This document shows, in pieces, positions 53,177-61,203 of a stretch of 64,000 bases of DNA. The translations under genes and the position numbers were made by a program. Origin of the DNA: Alphaproteobacteria bacterium (GTDB lineage: Bacteria; Pseudomonadota; Alphaproteobacteria; GCA-2731375); assembly GCA_965232515.1 (NCBI GenBank), contig CBDDPY010000002.1, positions 3,840,001-3,904,000 of the forward strand, in the 5' to 3' direction. The notes beneath the pieces are model-generated. The model saw only the letters and a list, made by a program, of their open reading frames with translations. It was not told where the DNA came from and did not search any database. Numbering within the stretch: position 1 is the stretch's first letter; the number at the start of each line of letters is the position of its first letter.

Positions 53177-53684
53177 CCCGTCCCCGCTCGTCATGCGCAT
53201 CGCTGCAATCGGGGCACATGCCGCTGACTTCGATGGTCTGGTGGCGCACCGCGAACCCCAGATCGCGGGCCTTCGCCAACACGCGTTTGGCGATGTCGGG
53301 ATCGTCCAGTTCCGCGACCGACTGACAGCCGTCGCAAATCAGGAACTGGCCGCGATGCGGCGCATCGGGCTGCACGCAGCCGATATAGGCGTTTAGCGAT
53401 TCGAGCTTGTGGATCAGGCCATGCTCCAGCAGGAAATCGAGCGCGCGATAGACCGTCGGGGGCGCGGCCCCATCGTGCTCGCTGCGCAGCTGGTCCAGCA
53501 GATCGTAAGCCCGCGTCGGCTTGTGCGCTGCCCACAGCATTTCGAATACGCGCCGCCGCAAATGGGTGAGGCGCGCGTTGCGCCGGGCGCAAACTGCCTC
53601 GGCCGCTGCCAGTGCATCGGCCACACACTGCCCATGATCGTGGCCGCGCGCCGCGAAACCCGATTCGGTATTGGATGTATCCAT
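53169..53684 (-). CDS. zur: Zinc uptake regulator (Fur family)
   Basis: HDH..C, RLT.LR..V, AYDLL, PPTVYRALDFL, CxxC pairs; divergent from znuA. Confidence 0.93.
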   Translation of the reverse strand: MDTSNTESGFAARGHDHGQCVADALAAAEAVCARRNARLTHLRRRVFEMLWAAHKPTRAYDLLDQLRSEHDGAAPPTVYRALDFLLEHGLIHKLESLNAYIGCVQPDAPHRGQFLICDGCQSVAELDDPDIAKRVLAKARDLGFAVRHQTIEVSGMCPDCSDAHDERGRDA

Positions 53685-53730
53685 CGCCAGCCTTTGACCC
53701 TGTCGGCAAATTGATTGCCGCACCTAGAGC

Positions 53731-53749
53731 AATGTTATACTGTTTCATT
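53731..53749. promoter_or_regulatory. Zur box between zur and znuA
   Basis: AATGTTATA-C-TGTTTCATT versus consensus AATGTTATA-N-TATAACATT. Confidence 0.8.
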
Positions 53750-53783
53750 AACCGTGTGAAACAGATGATCGGGAACCTAGCAG

Positions 53784-54872
53784 ATGAGGCCCTGGCTGAG
53801 CAGATGGGCAGCGCCGGCTGCCACCACCATTGTCGGTATCATGAGCGCCGGCATGGTTCACGCAGATGCGCCGGACATCGTCGTCACCATCAAACCTTTG
53901 CATTCGCTCGTCGCTGGCGTCAGCGAGGGCGTGACGACCCCCCACTTGCTGCTCAAGGGCGGCGCGTCGCCGCATACCTATGCCATGCGACCGTCGGACG
54001 CGAAAGCAACCGAGCAGGCCGATGTCATCTTCTGGGTCGGCCCGGAACTTGAAACCTTCTTCGAACGCACCGTCGATGCGCTCGGCCGCAAGGCGCGCGT
54101 CGTTGCCCTTGCCGACGATGCCGGCCTGACGCTGCTCGAGGCGCGCGAAGGCGGCACCTGGGAGGCCCATGACGATCACGCGCACGGTCACGATGATCAT
54201 GGTCACGACGACCACGGCCATGACGACCATGCAAAAAAAGATGATGACCACGACGATCATGCGCATGAGAAACATGACGATCATGCGCATGAGAAACACG
54301 ACGATCACGCGCATGAGAAGCACGCCGGCCACGACGATCATGACGGCCATCACGTCGATGCCCATGTCTGGCTCGATCCGGACAACGCCAGGAAAATCGT
54401 CGACAATGCCGTCGCGGTGTTGAGCGATATCGATCCCGAGAACGCCGGCCGTTATGCCGAGAACGGCAACCGCATGCGGGCCCGCATCGACGCCATGGAC
54501 AAGGACATCGCCACGGCGTTATCGACCGTAAAATCGAAGCCGTACATCGTGTTCCACGACGCTTATCAGTATTTCGAACGGCATTACGGTCTGAACGCGA
54601 CCGGTTCCATCACCACCAGTCCGGAAAACCGTCCCGGCGCCAAGCGGCTTTACGAGATCCGCAAGAAAATTGCGGACCTCGGCGCCGTCTGCGTGTTCAG
54701 CGAGCCGCAGTTCGAACCGGCCCTCGTCAACACGCTGATCGAGGGCACGCCGGCCCGTAACGGCGAACTCGATCCGGTAGGCGCCGCCATACCCGAAGGG
54801 CCCGACGCCTATTTCGCCATAATGACCGATCTCGCCGACTCCATTCGGACCTGCCTGCAACCCGCGACCTGA
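53784..54872 (+). CDS. znuA: Zinc ABC transporter substrate-binding protein with long His/Asp-rich loop
   Basis: IKPLHSLV, ASPH.Y..RPS, D.HVWLDP, VFHDAYQYFE, CVFSEPQF. Confidence 0.95.
   Translation: MRPWLSRWAAPAATTIVGIMSAGMVHADAPDIVVTIKPLHSLVAGVSEGVTTPHLLLKGGASPHTYAMRPSDAKATEQADVIFWVGPELETFFERTVDALGRKARVVALADDAGLTLLEAREGGTWEAHDDHAHGHDDHGHDDHGHDDHAKKDDDHDDHAHEKHDDHAHEKHDDHAHEKHAGHDDHDGHHVDAHVWLDPDNARKIVDNAVAVLSDIDPENAGRYAENGNRMRARIDAMDKDIATALSTVKSKPYIVFHDAYQYFERHYGLNATGSITTSPENRPGAKRLYEIRKKIADLGAVCVFSEPQFEPALVNTLIEGTPARNGELDPVGAAIPEGPDAYFAIMTDLADSIRTCLQPAT
54253..54323 (+). repeat. In-frame 24-bp tandem repeat (DDHAHEKH x3) within znuA
   Basis: GACGATCAYGCGCATGAGAARCAY repeated three times. 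Confidence 0.85.
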
Positions 54873-54930
54873 CCGAACGCGTTCCTTCGACGTCATGAGC
54901 GACGAAATCGGTTCGTCACTTTCTCATTTC

Positions 54931-54948
54931 ATTACGTTATAACATAAT
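54931..54948. promoter_or_regulatory. Second Zur-like box upstream of the outer-membrane protein
   Basis: ATTACGTTA/TAACATAAT palindrome with one mismatch, containing GTTATAAC. Confidence 0.7.
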
Positions 54949-54995
54949 TAATCGGCGTCTCTGTCCGCGCCATCAGCTCAATTGGGGGAGTATCC

Positions 54996-56528
54996 ATGCG
55001 ACACCTACGCCTTGTCTGTTTCGTGTCTGCGGTTGTGGGAATGGCGCTCGCGCCAGTCGGACTTAGCCATGCGCAAACGACGAGCGATACCGACGCGCGC
55101 CTGCGCCTGCTCGAGGCCACGCTGCAGGATCTGCTGGCGCGAGATCAGGAAAAGGACCGGTTGATCGAGCAACTGCAGGCGGAACTGGCCCGGCTGCGGG
55201 CCGGCGACCGGACGCCGCCCCATGGCGCCGCGGGTCACACCGATACCCATGCCCATACCCATGCACAGGCACCGACCGACGCGCGGTCCAAGCCCGCAGG
55301 CGAACATGGTCATGCCCACGGTGCCCATGGCGCCGATGGTGAGGGCGGCGGCGACCTGTTCGCCGTCGAGGTCGGCGACGGCGTCACCGCGCGCATGAAG
55401 CGGATCGGTGTCGATGTCGCGCTCGCGGCCGGCTACTCGTCGGAGACCGAGCAGGAGACCATCGAACAGCTACAGGGCGGCGGTCACGATCCGCGTCAAA
55501 ACGGCTTCACCGTGCGGACGGTCGACCTGTCGCTGATCGGCGGCCTCGATCCCTATTTCGACGCCGAAGTGCATATCGCCTTCTTCCTCGATCCCGAAGG
55601 CGAAACCCAGGTCGAGCTGGAGGAGGCCTTCCTGCGCACGCAGACGACGCCGGTCGAGCTCGAGGTCGGCCAGATGTTCACGGAATTCGGCGCCTTCAAT
55701 CCGAAGCACGTGCACGATTGGGACTGGCTGGATCAGCCGGTGGTGAACACGCGCATGTTCGGCGAGGACGGCATCCGCGGGCCTGGCTTCCGCCTCGGCT
55801 GGTCGCCTGTCGAGCAGATCACGCTGCATGCGGGCATGCAGAACGCCAAGGGCGAGACGATGGTCAGTTTTCTCTCGAGCGACGAGGCCTTCGAGGAACG
55901 CCCGCTCGGCGGTCGCGCCTTCAACGAGCGTAACGTCGACAGCTTCGAGGAGTTCGTCTACCTCGCCCGCGTGGCGACGCATTTCGACGTCGGCGGCGCC
56001 CATGTCGACCTCGGCGCCTCCGGCCTTTACGGTCCCAACGCCACGGGCGGCGACGGCGAGACCTATATCGTCGGCGCCGACCTGACGGTCAACGCCAAGC
56101 TCGGCGAGACGCGCTATCTGCGCTGGCAGTCGGAAGCGATGTACCGCGGCTACGATGCCGATGACGATCCCGCGAACGGCTTCGTCTCCGACGATCTCGA
56201 CGACTACGGCCTCTATACCCAGCTCTTGGTCGGCTTCAATCGCGCCTGGGCGGGCGGTCTGCGCTATGAGTATGTCAGCGGCGATGGCGCCAGCGTCGGC
56301 GACTTCGCCGACCGCGACGCGGATCCGTTCCGGTCCGACCGGCACCGCATTTCGCCGTTGCTGCAATGGCAGTTCGCGCCGACCGCCAAGATCCGGTTGC
56401 AGTACAACTACGACGATGCCGACTTCCTCGAGGACGGCAGCGACGCGCACGCGATCTGGCTCGGTTTCGACTGGTCGTTCGGCGCCGGTTCCGCCGGGCA
56501 CGGCCATGACGACGGTCATGCGCACTGA
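54996..56528 (+). CDS. Zinc-regulated outer membrane beta-barrel receptor/porin, His-rich
   Basis: Signal peptide, coiled coil, His-rich linker, GHDP...GF, DPYF, VELEEAF, FG.FN..H.H.W, RLQYN, His-rich C-terminus. Confidence 0.8.
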   Translation: MRHLRLVCFVSAVVGMALAPVGLSHAQTTSDTDARLRLLEATLQDLLARDQEKDRLIEQLQAELARLRAGDRTPPHGAAGHTDTHAHTHAQAPTDARSKPAGEHGHAHGAHGADGEGGGDLFAVEVGDGVTARMKRIGVDVALAAGYSSETEQETIEQLQGGGHDPRQNGFTVRTVDLSLIGGLDPYFDAEVHIAFFLDPEGETQVELEEAFLRTQTTPVELEVGQMFTEFGAFNPKHVHDWDWLDQPVVNTRMFGEDGIRGPGFRLGWSPVEQITLHAGMQNAKGETMVSFLSSDEAFEERPLGGRAFNERNVDSFEEFVYLARVATHFDVGGAHVDLGASGLYGPNATGGDGETYIVGADLTVNAKLGETRYLRWQSEAMYRGYDADDDPANGFVSDDLDDYGLYTQLLVGFNRAWAGGLRYEYVSGDGASVGDFADRDADPFRSDRHRISPLLQWQFAPTAKIRLQYNYDDADFLEDGSDAHAIWLGFDWSFGAGSAGHGHDDGHAH

Positions 56529-56611
56529 GACCAGACGGCTTCCGGCAGCGGCGACTTCGCGTGCTTTCCTCCCCAAGGATTGACGAAAACGCGGATGGGG
56601 CTGACTGCCAG

Positions 56612-56662
56612 AGCGGTGGCATGCGGGTGGCGTATCTCACCCGCATGCCATCACCTGCTTTT
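56612..56662. terminator. Hairpin terminator between convergent genes
   Basis: 15-bp stem GGTGGCATGCGGGTG/CACCCGCATGCCATC followed by a short T run. Confidence 0.7.
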
Positions 56663-57126
56663 CAGATCTTCGATTCCTGAGCCTGGTCGAGGAAAAGGTC
56701 GCTGAGATCGGCCGTCGGCACCCAGCAGACGTCTTTCTTGCCGAACCAGCGGTAGCGGCGGTTGCCGATGAAATCGTAGACCGCGTTACGGGCAAACGGC
56801 GGGATCACCAGGAATGCCGCCATCAGCGGCCAGGCGCCGCTCAGCCGCCGGCAAACCCTGAGCGCGGCCGACGACTTCACATGCACCCGTCCGTCGGCGA
56901 TCAGGATCACGGTGCTGAGGTCGGGAATCGTCGCATCGTGGGCCGCCAACAGCCGCTGGCCGATCTCGGACTGCAGCGAGGCGAAGCGGAACCGGCGGCC
57001 GGAATCGCGGGCGATCACGAACTGCACGCTCGCCTGACACAGATTGCAGACGCCGTCGAACAGGATCACGTCCGTCGCCGCCGCTGCGGCGACGTCCGGC
57101 GTCGGACTGGCGGTTGAGATCGACAT
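56662..57126 (-). CDS. DCC family (DUF393) thiol-disulfide oxidoreductase
   Basis: LFDGVCNLC (DxxCxxC), FRFASLQS, YD.I..RRYRWFGK..C..P. Confidence 0.92.
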   Translation of the reverse strand: MSISTASPTPDVAAAAATDVILFDGVCNLCQASVQFVIARDSGRRFRFASLQSEIGQRLLAAHDATIPDLSTVILIADGRVHVKSSAALRVCRRLSGAWPLMAAFLVIPPFARNAVYDFIGNRRYRWFGKKDVCWVPTADLSDLFLDQAQESKI

Positions 57127-57174
57127 AGCCTTACGAATATGGCGACTGCCGATGCGCCTGTCCAACTGCCGGTA

Positions 57175-58539
57175 TCACTGCGGCAGCCAGTCGGGCCGTT
57201 GGTCGTGGGGCAGGAACGGCTGGTCCAGCGGCAGGATCCAATCAGCGTGCTGCAGATTGCGCTCGATTTTCGTCAGGTCGCGGGTCGGATCGACCAACGG
57301 CGCCGGCAGCCGGCCGTTCAGCGAGATCATGACCGTGGCGCGCACCTCCGGATCCTCGACGCCTTCCAGATCCTGCCAGAGCTGCTCCAGCTTGTAGGCC
57401 CATTGCAGGATCATGTCGGGATGCATGCGCATCTTGTATTTCGTAACGTCGACCTTCCACTGCCGGTTGGTGGCCGGATCGGTGACCTCGAACACTGCTT
57501 CGGTGACCCGCTTCTGCCGCAGTTTCATGCGCCAGGCGAAGCGGTGCCCCTCCTCGTTCCAGGCGACGTCGCCGGGATAGGCATAGTGCCTGAGCGGCAC
57601 CAGCACCTGCGCCGCGAACCAGAGCGCCAGGAATCCGGCGACAACGCCGAAATGCGCCCGCGACACCGGCGGTGCCACGCCCAGCGCCGCCGCGCGCATC
57701 GGCAGCCCGCGCAAGCGCTGCCAGACCTGTTTCGGCCAGTCCGGATCGAAGAAGATCAGCGTGCCGAAGAGCGTCAGCCACGGGAAGATGCCGATCTCGA
57801 AGAACGCCGCGTTCATGCCGTGGAAGAACACGTAGGACACGAAGACCCAGGCGCGCGTCTTGCGGAACAGCAGCAACGGCGCGCCGATCAGATGCAGGGC
57901 GATGGCGCCGTAGGCCGCCGCCGCCACCACCCAGGTCTCGGTGAAATAGGCGCCGATCAGTGGAAAATCGGGCTGCGCCGCCATCCACATGCGCATCGGC
58001 TCCAACCGTAGCCAGTCGGCGTTGACCTTGACGATGCCGGCGTAGAGCAGCATGACCTCGAACTGGGCCCGGATGGACCAGACCGACCAGTTCGGCACGG
58101 TCGCCTCGCGCAGGCGCGGCCACAGCCAGGCGTCCAGTGAATAGCCCCGGTGCGCCGGCGCCACGGCCAGCAGGAAGGCCAGCAGCGAGGCGAAGTAGAA
58201 GTGGTTCTTGTACTGGTTCTGGTCGATCAGGAAGATGAAGGTGAAAGCCAGAAACAGACCGATGGCGGCCAAACGATAGAACAGGCCGACCGTGACCAGC
58301 GCCGCCAGCACGCCCAGGATGGCGAAGTGCCAGTACATGCCGTCGCCGGGCCAGGGCTGGACCCATTCGAAACCGTAATATTTGAAGAACCACTGCGGCT
58401 TGACGTAGTTCTTCTCGATCCAGCCCTTGCCGAAATAGCGGCTGACCTCCCACAGCATGATGAGGCCAAAACTGACCCGGAACACCGCCAGCGAGGCGGC
58501 GTCGACGGGCCGGAACATCCACTCGCGCAGTTGCGTCAT
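57175..58539 (-). CDS. HTTM-domain protein, vitamin K-dependent gamma-carboxylase-like
   Basis: SLAVFR..FG, F.Y.GFEWV.P, Y.NH.Y, AGIVKVNADWL, FH..N...F.IG.FPW, W.EEGHRFAWRMKL, PDMILQWA. Confidence 0.9.
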   Translation of the reverse strand: MTQLREWMFRPVDAASLAVFRVSFGLIMLWEVSRYFGKGWIEKNYVKPQWFFKYYGFEWVQPWPGDGMYWHFAILGVLAALVTVGLFYRLAAIGLFLAFTFIFLIDQNQYKNHFYFASLLAFLLAVAPAHRGYSLDAWLWPRLREATVPNWSVWSIRAQFEVMLLYAGIVKVNADWLRLEPMRMWMAAQPDFPLIGAYFTETWVVAAAAYGAIALHLIGAPLLLFRKTRAWVFVSYVFFHGMNAAFFEIGIFPWLTLFGTLIFFDPDWPKQVWQRLRGLPMRAAALGVAPPVSRAHFGVVAGFLALWFAAQVLVPLRHYAYPGDVAWNEEGHRFAWRMKLRQKRVTEAVFEVTDPATNRQWKVDVTKYKMRMHPDMILQWAYKLEQLWQDLEGVEDPEVRATVMISLNGRLPAPLVDPTRDLTKIERNLQHADWILPLDQPFLPHDQRPDWLPQ

Positions 58540-58752
58540 GGCTCAACCGAATCGGTCGTCGTCAATATTCCTGCCTGATAGCGAAGCTGGAGGCCGCGAC
58601 GCAAGCATCCTCTCGGTGATTTCAACCGGTCAGGCTGGAGATTGTTGGAATTCCGCCACATATTCACCACAAAGCGAGACAAGGATACAGCCGGTCCGGC
58701 AGCGGATAGCGCCCGGATCGTGCATGACGAGCACCTCTCGGGGAGGAGCAAC

Positions 58753-60162
58753 ATGAACGAGAGGTCGATCACAACGCCAGCGCCGGACCAGGCGCAACGC
58801 CGTCCGGACGACGACATGCCCGAGCGGTTGACCGACGCGTTCCGCGCCGAGCAGCTCGCCGGCTTGCGTCTGGCGACACAGGCCCGCGTCGTCGTCATCG
58901 TGCTGGTTGCGCTATGGGTGCCGATCCAGGTCTACCGTCCCGGCGTCACGCTCTACTACGAGATCATGCTGGCGCTGTTCGCCGGCATCGGCATCTTGCA
59001 CTACACGCTTCGCAGCCGGTCGCCGGACAAGGCCTGGCTCGACTACCTGTTCGTCAGCCTGGACGTCATCCTCCTGACCTTCGCACTGGTCGCGTCGGCC
59101 TATCTGACCGAGGAAGTCTGGCCGCCGCAGGCCTATATGCGGTTCGCCAACTTCGCCTACTTCTTCGTCTTCATCGCCGTCGTCTCCTTGAGCTATTCGC
59201 CGAAGCTGATGCTCTGGGCCGGCGGCGCGATCGCCGTCTGCTGGACGATCGGCTCATATTGGGTGGCATCGCGGCCCGAGACCGTGCACTGGTTCCGCTA
59301 CGAGGGCATGGAAGAACAGCTGACCGCTGAGAGAGCGCTCGCCCTGTTCCTGGAGCCGACATTCATCGACCTTGGCGCGCGTGGCCTGGAAGTCGTCGCG
59401 ATCCTTCTTGTGACCGGCGTGTTGGCCGCTGTTGTCTGGCGGTCGCGTCGCTTGGTGATCAGCCAAGCCGCCGCGGCGCGGGAACGGACCAACCTGGCGC
59501 GCTACTTCTCACCCAACATCGTCGAAGAGCTCAGCCATGCCGACAACCCGTTGAGCGGTGAACGCGAGCAGCCGGTCGCGGTGATGTTCGTCGACATCGT
59601 CGGCTTTACCCGGCTTGCCGAACAGGCCGAGCGCGGCCGCGTGATCGAGCTGCTGCGCGAGTTCCATGCCCGGGTCGAAAGGGTTGTGTTTCAGCACGGC
59701 GGCACCCTGGACAAGTATCTCGGCGACGGTGTCATGGCGACCTTCGGCACGCCGGTCAGCGGACCGCGGGACGCGGCCAACGCGCTTGCCTGCGCGGCCG
59801 AGCTGCTACGTGTGATCGACGCCTGGAACCAGGAACGCGCGGCGCGCAATCAGCCCTTCATCGAGCTGTCGATCGGCGTCCATTACGGCACCGCCGTGCT
59901 GGGCGATATCGGCTCCGAGCGGCGTCTCGAGTTTGCCGTGCTGGGCGACGTCGTGAACGTGGCCAGCCGCCTCGAGCGTCTGACCCGCGATCTCGGTTGC
60001 CGGATCGTGATCAGCGACGATGTCGTTCACGCCGCGAACGCCACGGGCGCCGACGGTATCGGCAGATTGCTCGAGAGCTATCGGCAGGAGGCCCCGCAAC
60101 CGCTGCGGGGCCGCGATCAGCCGGTGCTGGTCTGGACCTGTCGCGAGAACGCGTCTCGATGA
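58753..60162 (+). CDS. Membrane-bound class III adenylate/guanylate cyclase
   Basis: About six TM helices, NLARYFSP, MFVDIVGFT, DKYLGDG, IGVHYG, GDVVNVASRLE; SD GGAGGAG. Confidence 0.93.
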   Translation: MNERSITTPAPDQAQRRPDDDMPERLTDAFRAEQLAGLRLATQARVVVIVLVALWVPIQVYRPGVTLYYEIMLALFAGIGILHYTLRSRSPDKAWLDYLFVSLDVILLTFALVASAYLTEEVWPPQAYMRFANFAYFFVFIAVVSLSYSPKLMLWAGGAIAVCWTIGSYWVASRPETVHWFRYEGMEEQLTAERALALFLEPTFIDLGARGLEVVAILLVTGVLAAVVWRSRRLVISQAAAARERTNLARYFSPNIVEELSHADNPLSGEREQPVAVMFVDIVGFTRLAEQAERGRVIELLREFHARVERVVFQHGGTLDKYLGDGVMATFGTPVSGPRDAANALACAAELLRVIDAWNQERAARNQPFIELSIGVHYGTAVLGDIGSERRLEFAVLGDVVNVASRLERLTRDLGCRIVISDDVVHAANATGADGIGRLLESYRQEAPQPLRGRDQPVLVWTCRENASR

Positions 60163-60164
60163 TG

Positions 60165-60881
60165 TCAGGCCTGACGACGGCGGCGGCGTGACAGCCCCGC
60201 GGTCGTCAGCAGGAACATCGACAGCAGATAGCCGGTGCCGGGTTCCGACACGACGGTGACGATATCTTCGGGTCCGGGACCGCCCGGCAGGTCATCGACG
60301 CCCGGACCGCCATCGGGATTGTCCGGATCGCCTGGGGGCAAACCGTTCGGATCTTCGCCATTCGGATCGAATCCGGGATCGCCGCCGTTCTCGCCGCCTT
60401 CTTCGCCGTCGGTGCCCGGTACGAACGCCAGCGTGTTCGAGTTGCCGCCGCCGCTGTTGCTCGACCCGAAAAAGCCACCCAATCCACCGCCGCTCACCGG
60501 CCCAAGGAACGTCAGCATCGACGGCGGCGTGCCCCTGCCGCTGGAACGCCGCGCGCCGCCGGTCCGGCCGCCCGCGGCCGAAAAGGGCTGCAGACCGAGC
60601 AGGTTGCCGCCGGCTTCGGGGTCCGTTTCTTCGTCAGCCTCGTCCAACTCGGCGTTGACCGTTTCGATGTAGCAGCGCAGGTGAACGTTATCGCCCTCGA
60701 GGACGCCGAGCTCGGACAGGCCCATGGTCACGGCCCGGGAACCCGTCGGCCACAGCGCCATCTCGTCCGCCAGCACGATTTCATAGCTCGGCGCGTGCTG
60801 GACGCCGACGAAACAGGCCGAGGCCGGCGAGGCCACGGTCGCGATCAGTCCGAAACAAATCAAAGCGGTACGGTACTTCAT
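60165..60881 (-). CDS. Exported acidic Gly/Pro/Asp-rich protein with PEP-CTERM-like (VSEP) tail
   Basis: Signal peptide ending ASA; low-complexity DPNG/GG region; C-terminal VSEPGT, TM helix, RRRRR. Confidence 0.78.
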   Translation of the reverse strand: MKYRTALICFGLIATVASPASACFVGVQHAPSYEIVLADEMALWPTGSRAVTMGLSELGVLEGDNVHLRCYIETVNAELDEADEETDPEAGGNLLGLQPFSAAGGRTGGARRSSGRGTPPSMLTFLGPVSGGGLGGFFGSSNSGGGNSNTLAFVPGTDGEEGGENGGDPGFDPNGEDPNGLPPGDPDNPDGGPGVDDLPGGPGPEDIVTVVSEPGTGYLLSMFLLTTAGLSRRRRRQA

Positions 60882-61016
60882 GGCGGTCAGCGGCGCTCCA
60901 CGGTGCGGTGTCGCGCCTCCTCTAAAACTTCATGTCATGGCATCCGATGCTTGCCGTTGTTCGACGCCACCCCCGCCTCGGCAAGTCTTAACGGATTGCA
61001 AATACCTCAAATGCTC

Positions 61017-61032
61017 TGCAATTGTCACGCCA
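61017..61032 (-). promoter_or_regulatory. Sigma54 promoter of the VSEP-CTERM gene
   Basis: TGGCGTG-ACAA-TTGCA, exact GG-N10-GC spacing, 135 nt upstream of ATG 60881. Confidence 0.72.
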
Positions 61033-61203
61033 TTGACGCAAACCGCAGTGATTGTCGTCACTTGACCCTAGAGGTCAAAAATGCGCGGAAATCCGGGGAT
61101 TCGTGTTCCAAATCGACCGCGGTCGAGCAGATTCTTCAAAACGTCTCGTATTGAAACAGCCCAATTCCGGACACGTCGGGCGGTTCGTGGGCGCTAAGCC
61201 GCG

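Noticed and set aside
48604-56655. Shared 14-mer CGCATGCCATCACC in the hairpins near 48604 and 56642
   Set aside because: It sits in different structural positions and flanks do not align, so chance is likely; a genome-wide search would settle it.
59929-59976. Cyclase EFAVLGD has Ala at the usual Thr/Asp specificity position
   Set aside because: The adenine-specifying Lys (DKYLGD) is intact and I recall this variant in related bacterial cyclases, so it is not evidence of new specificity.
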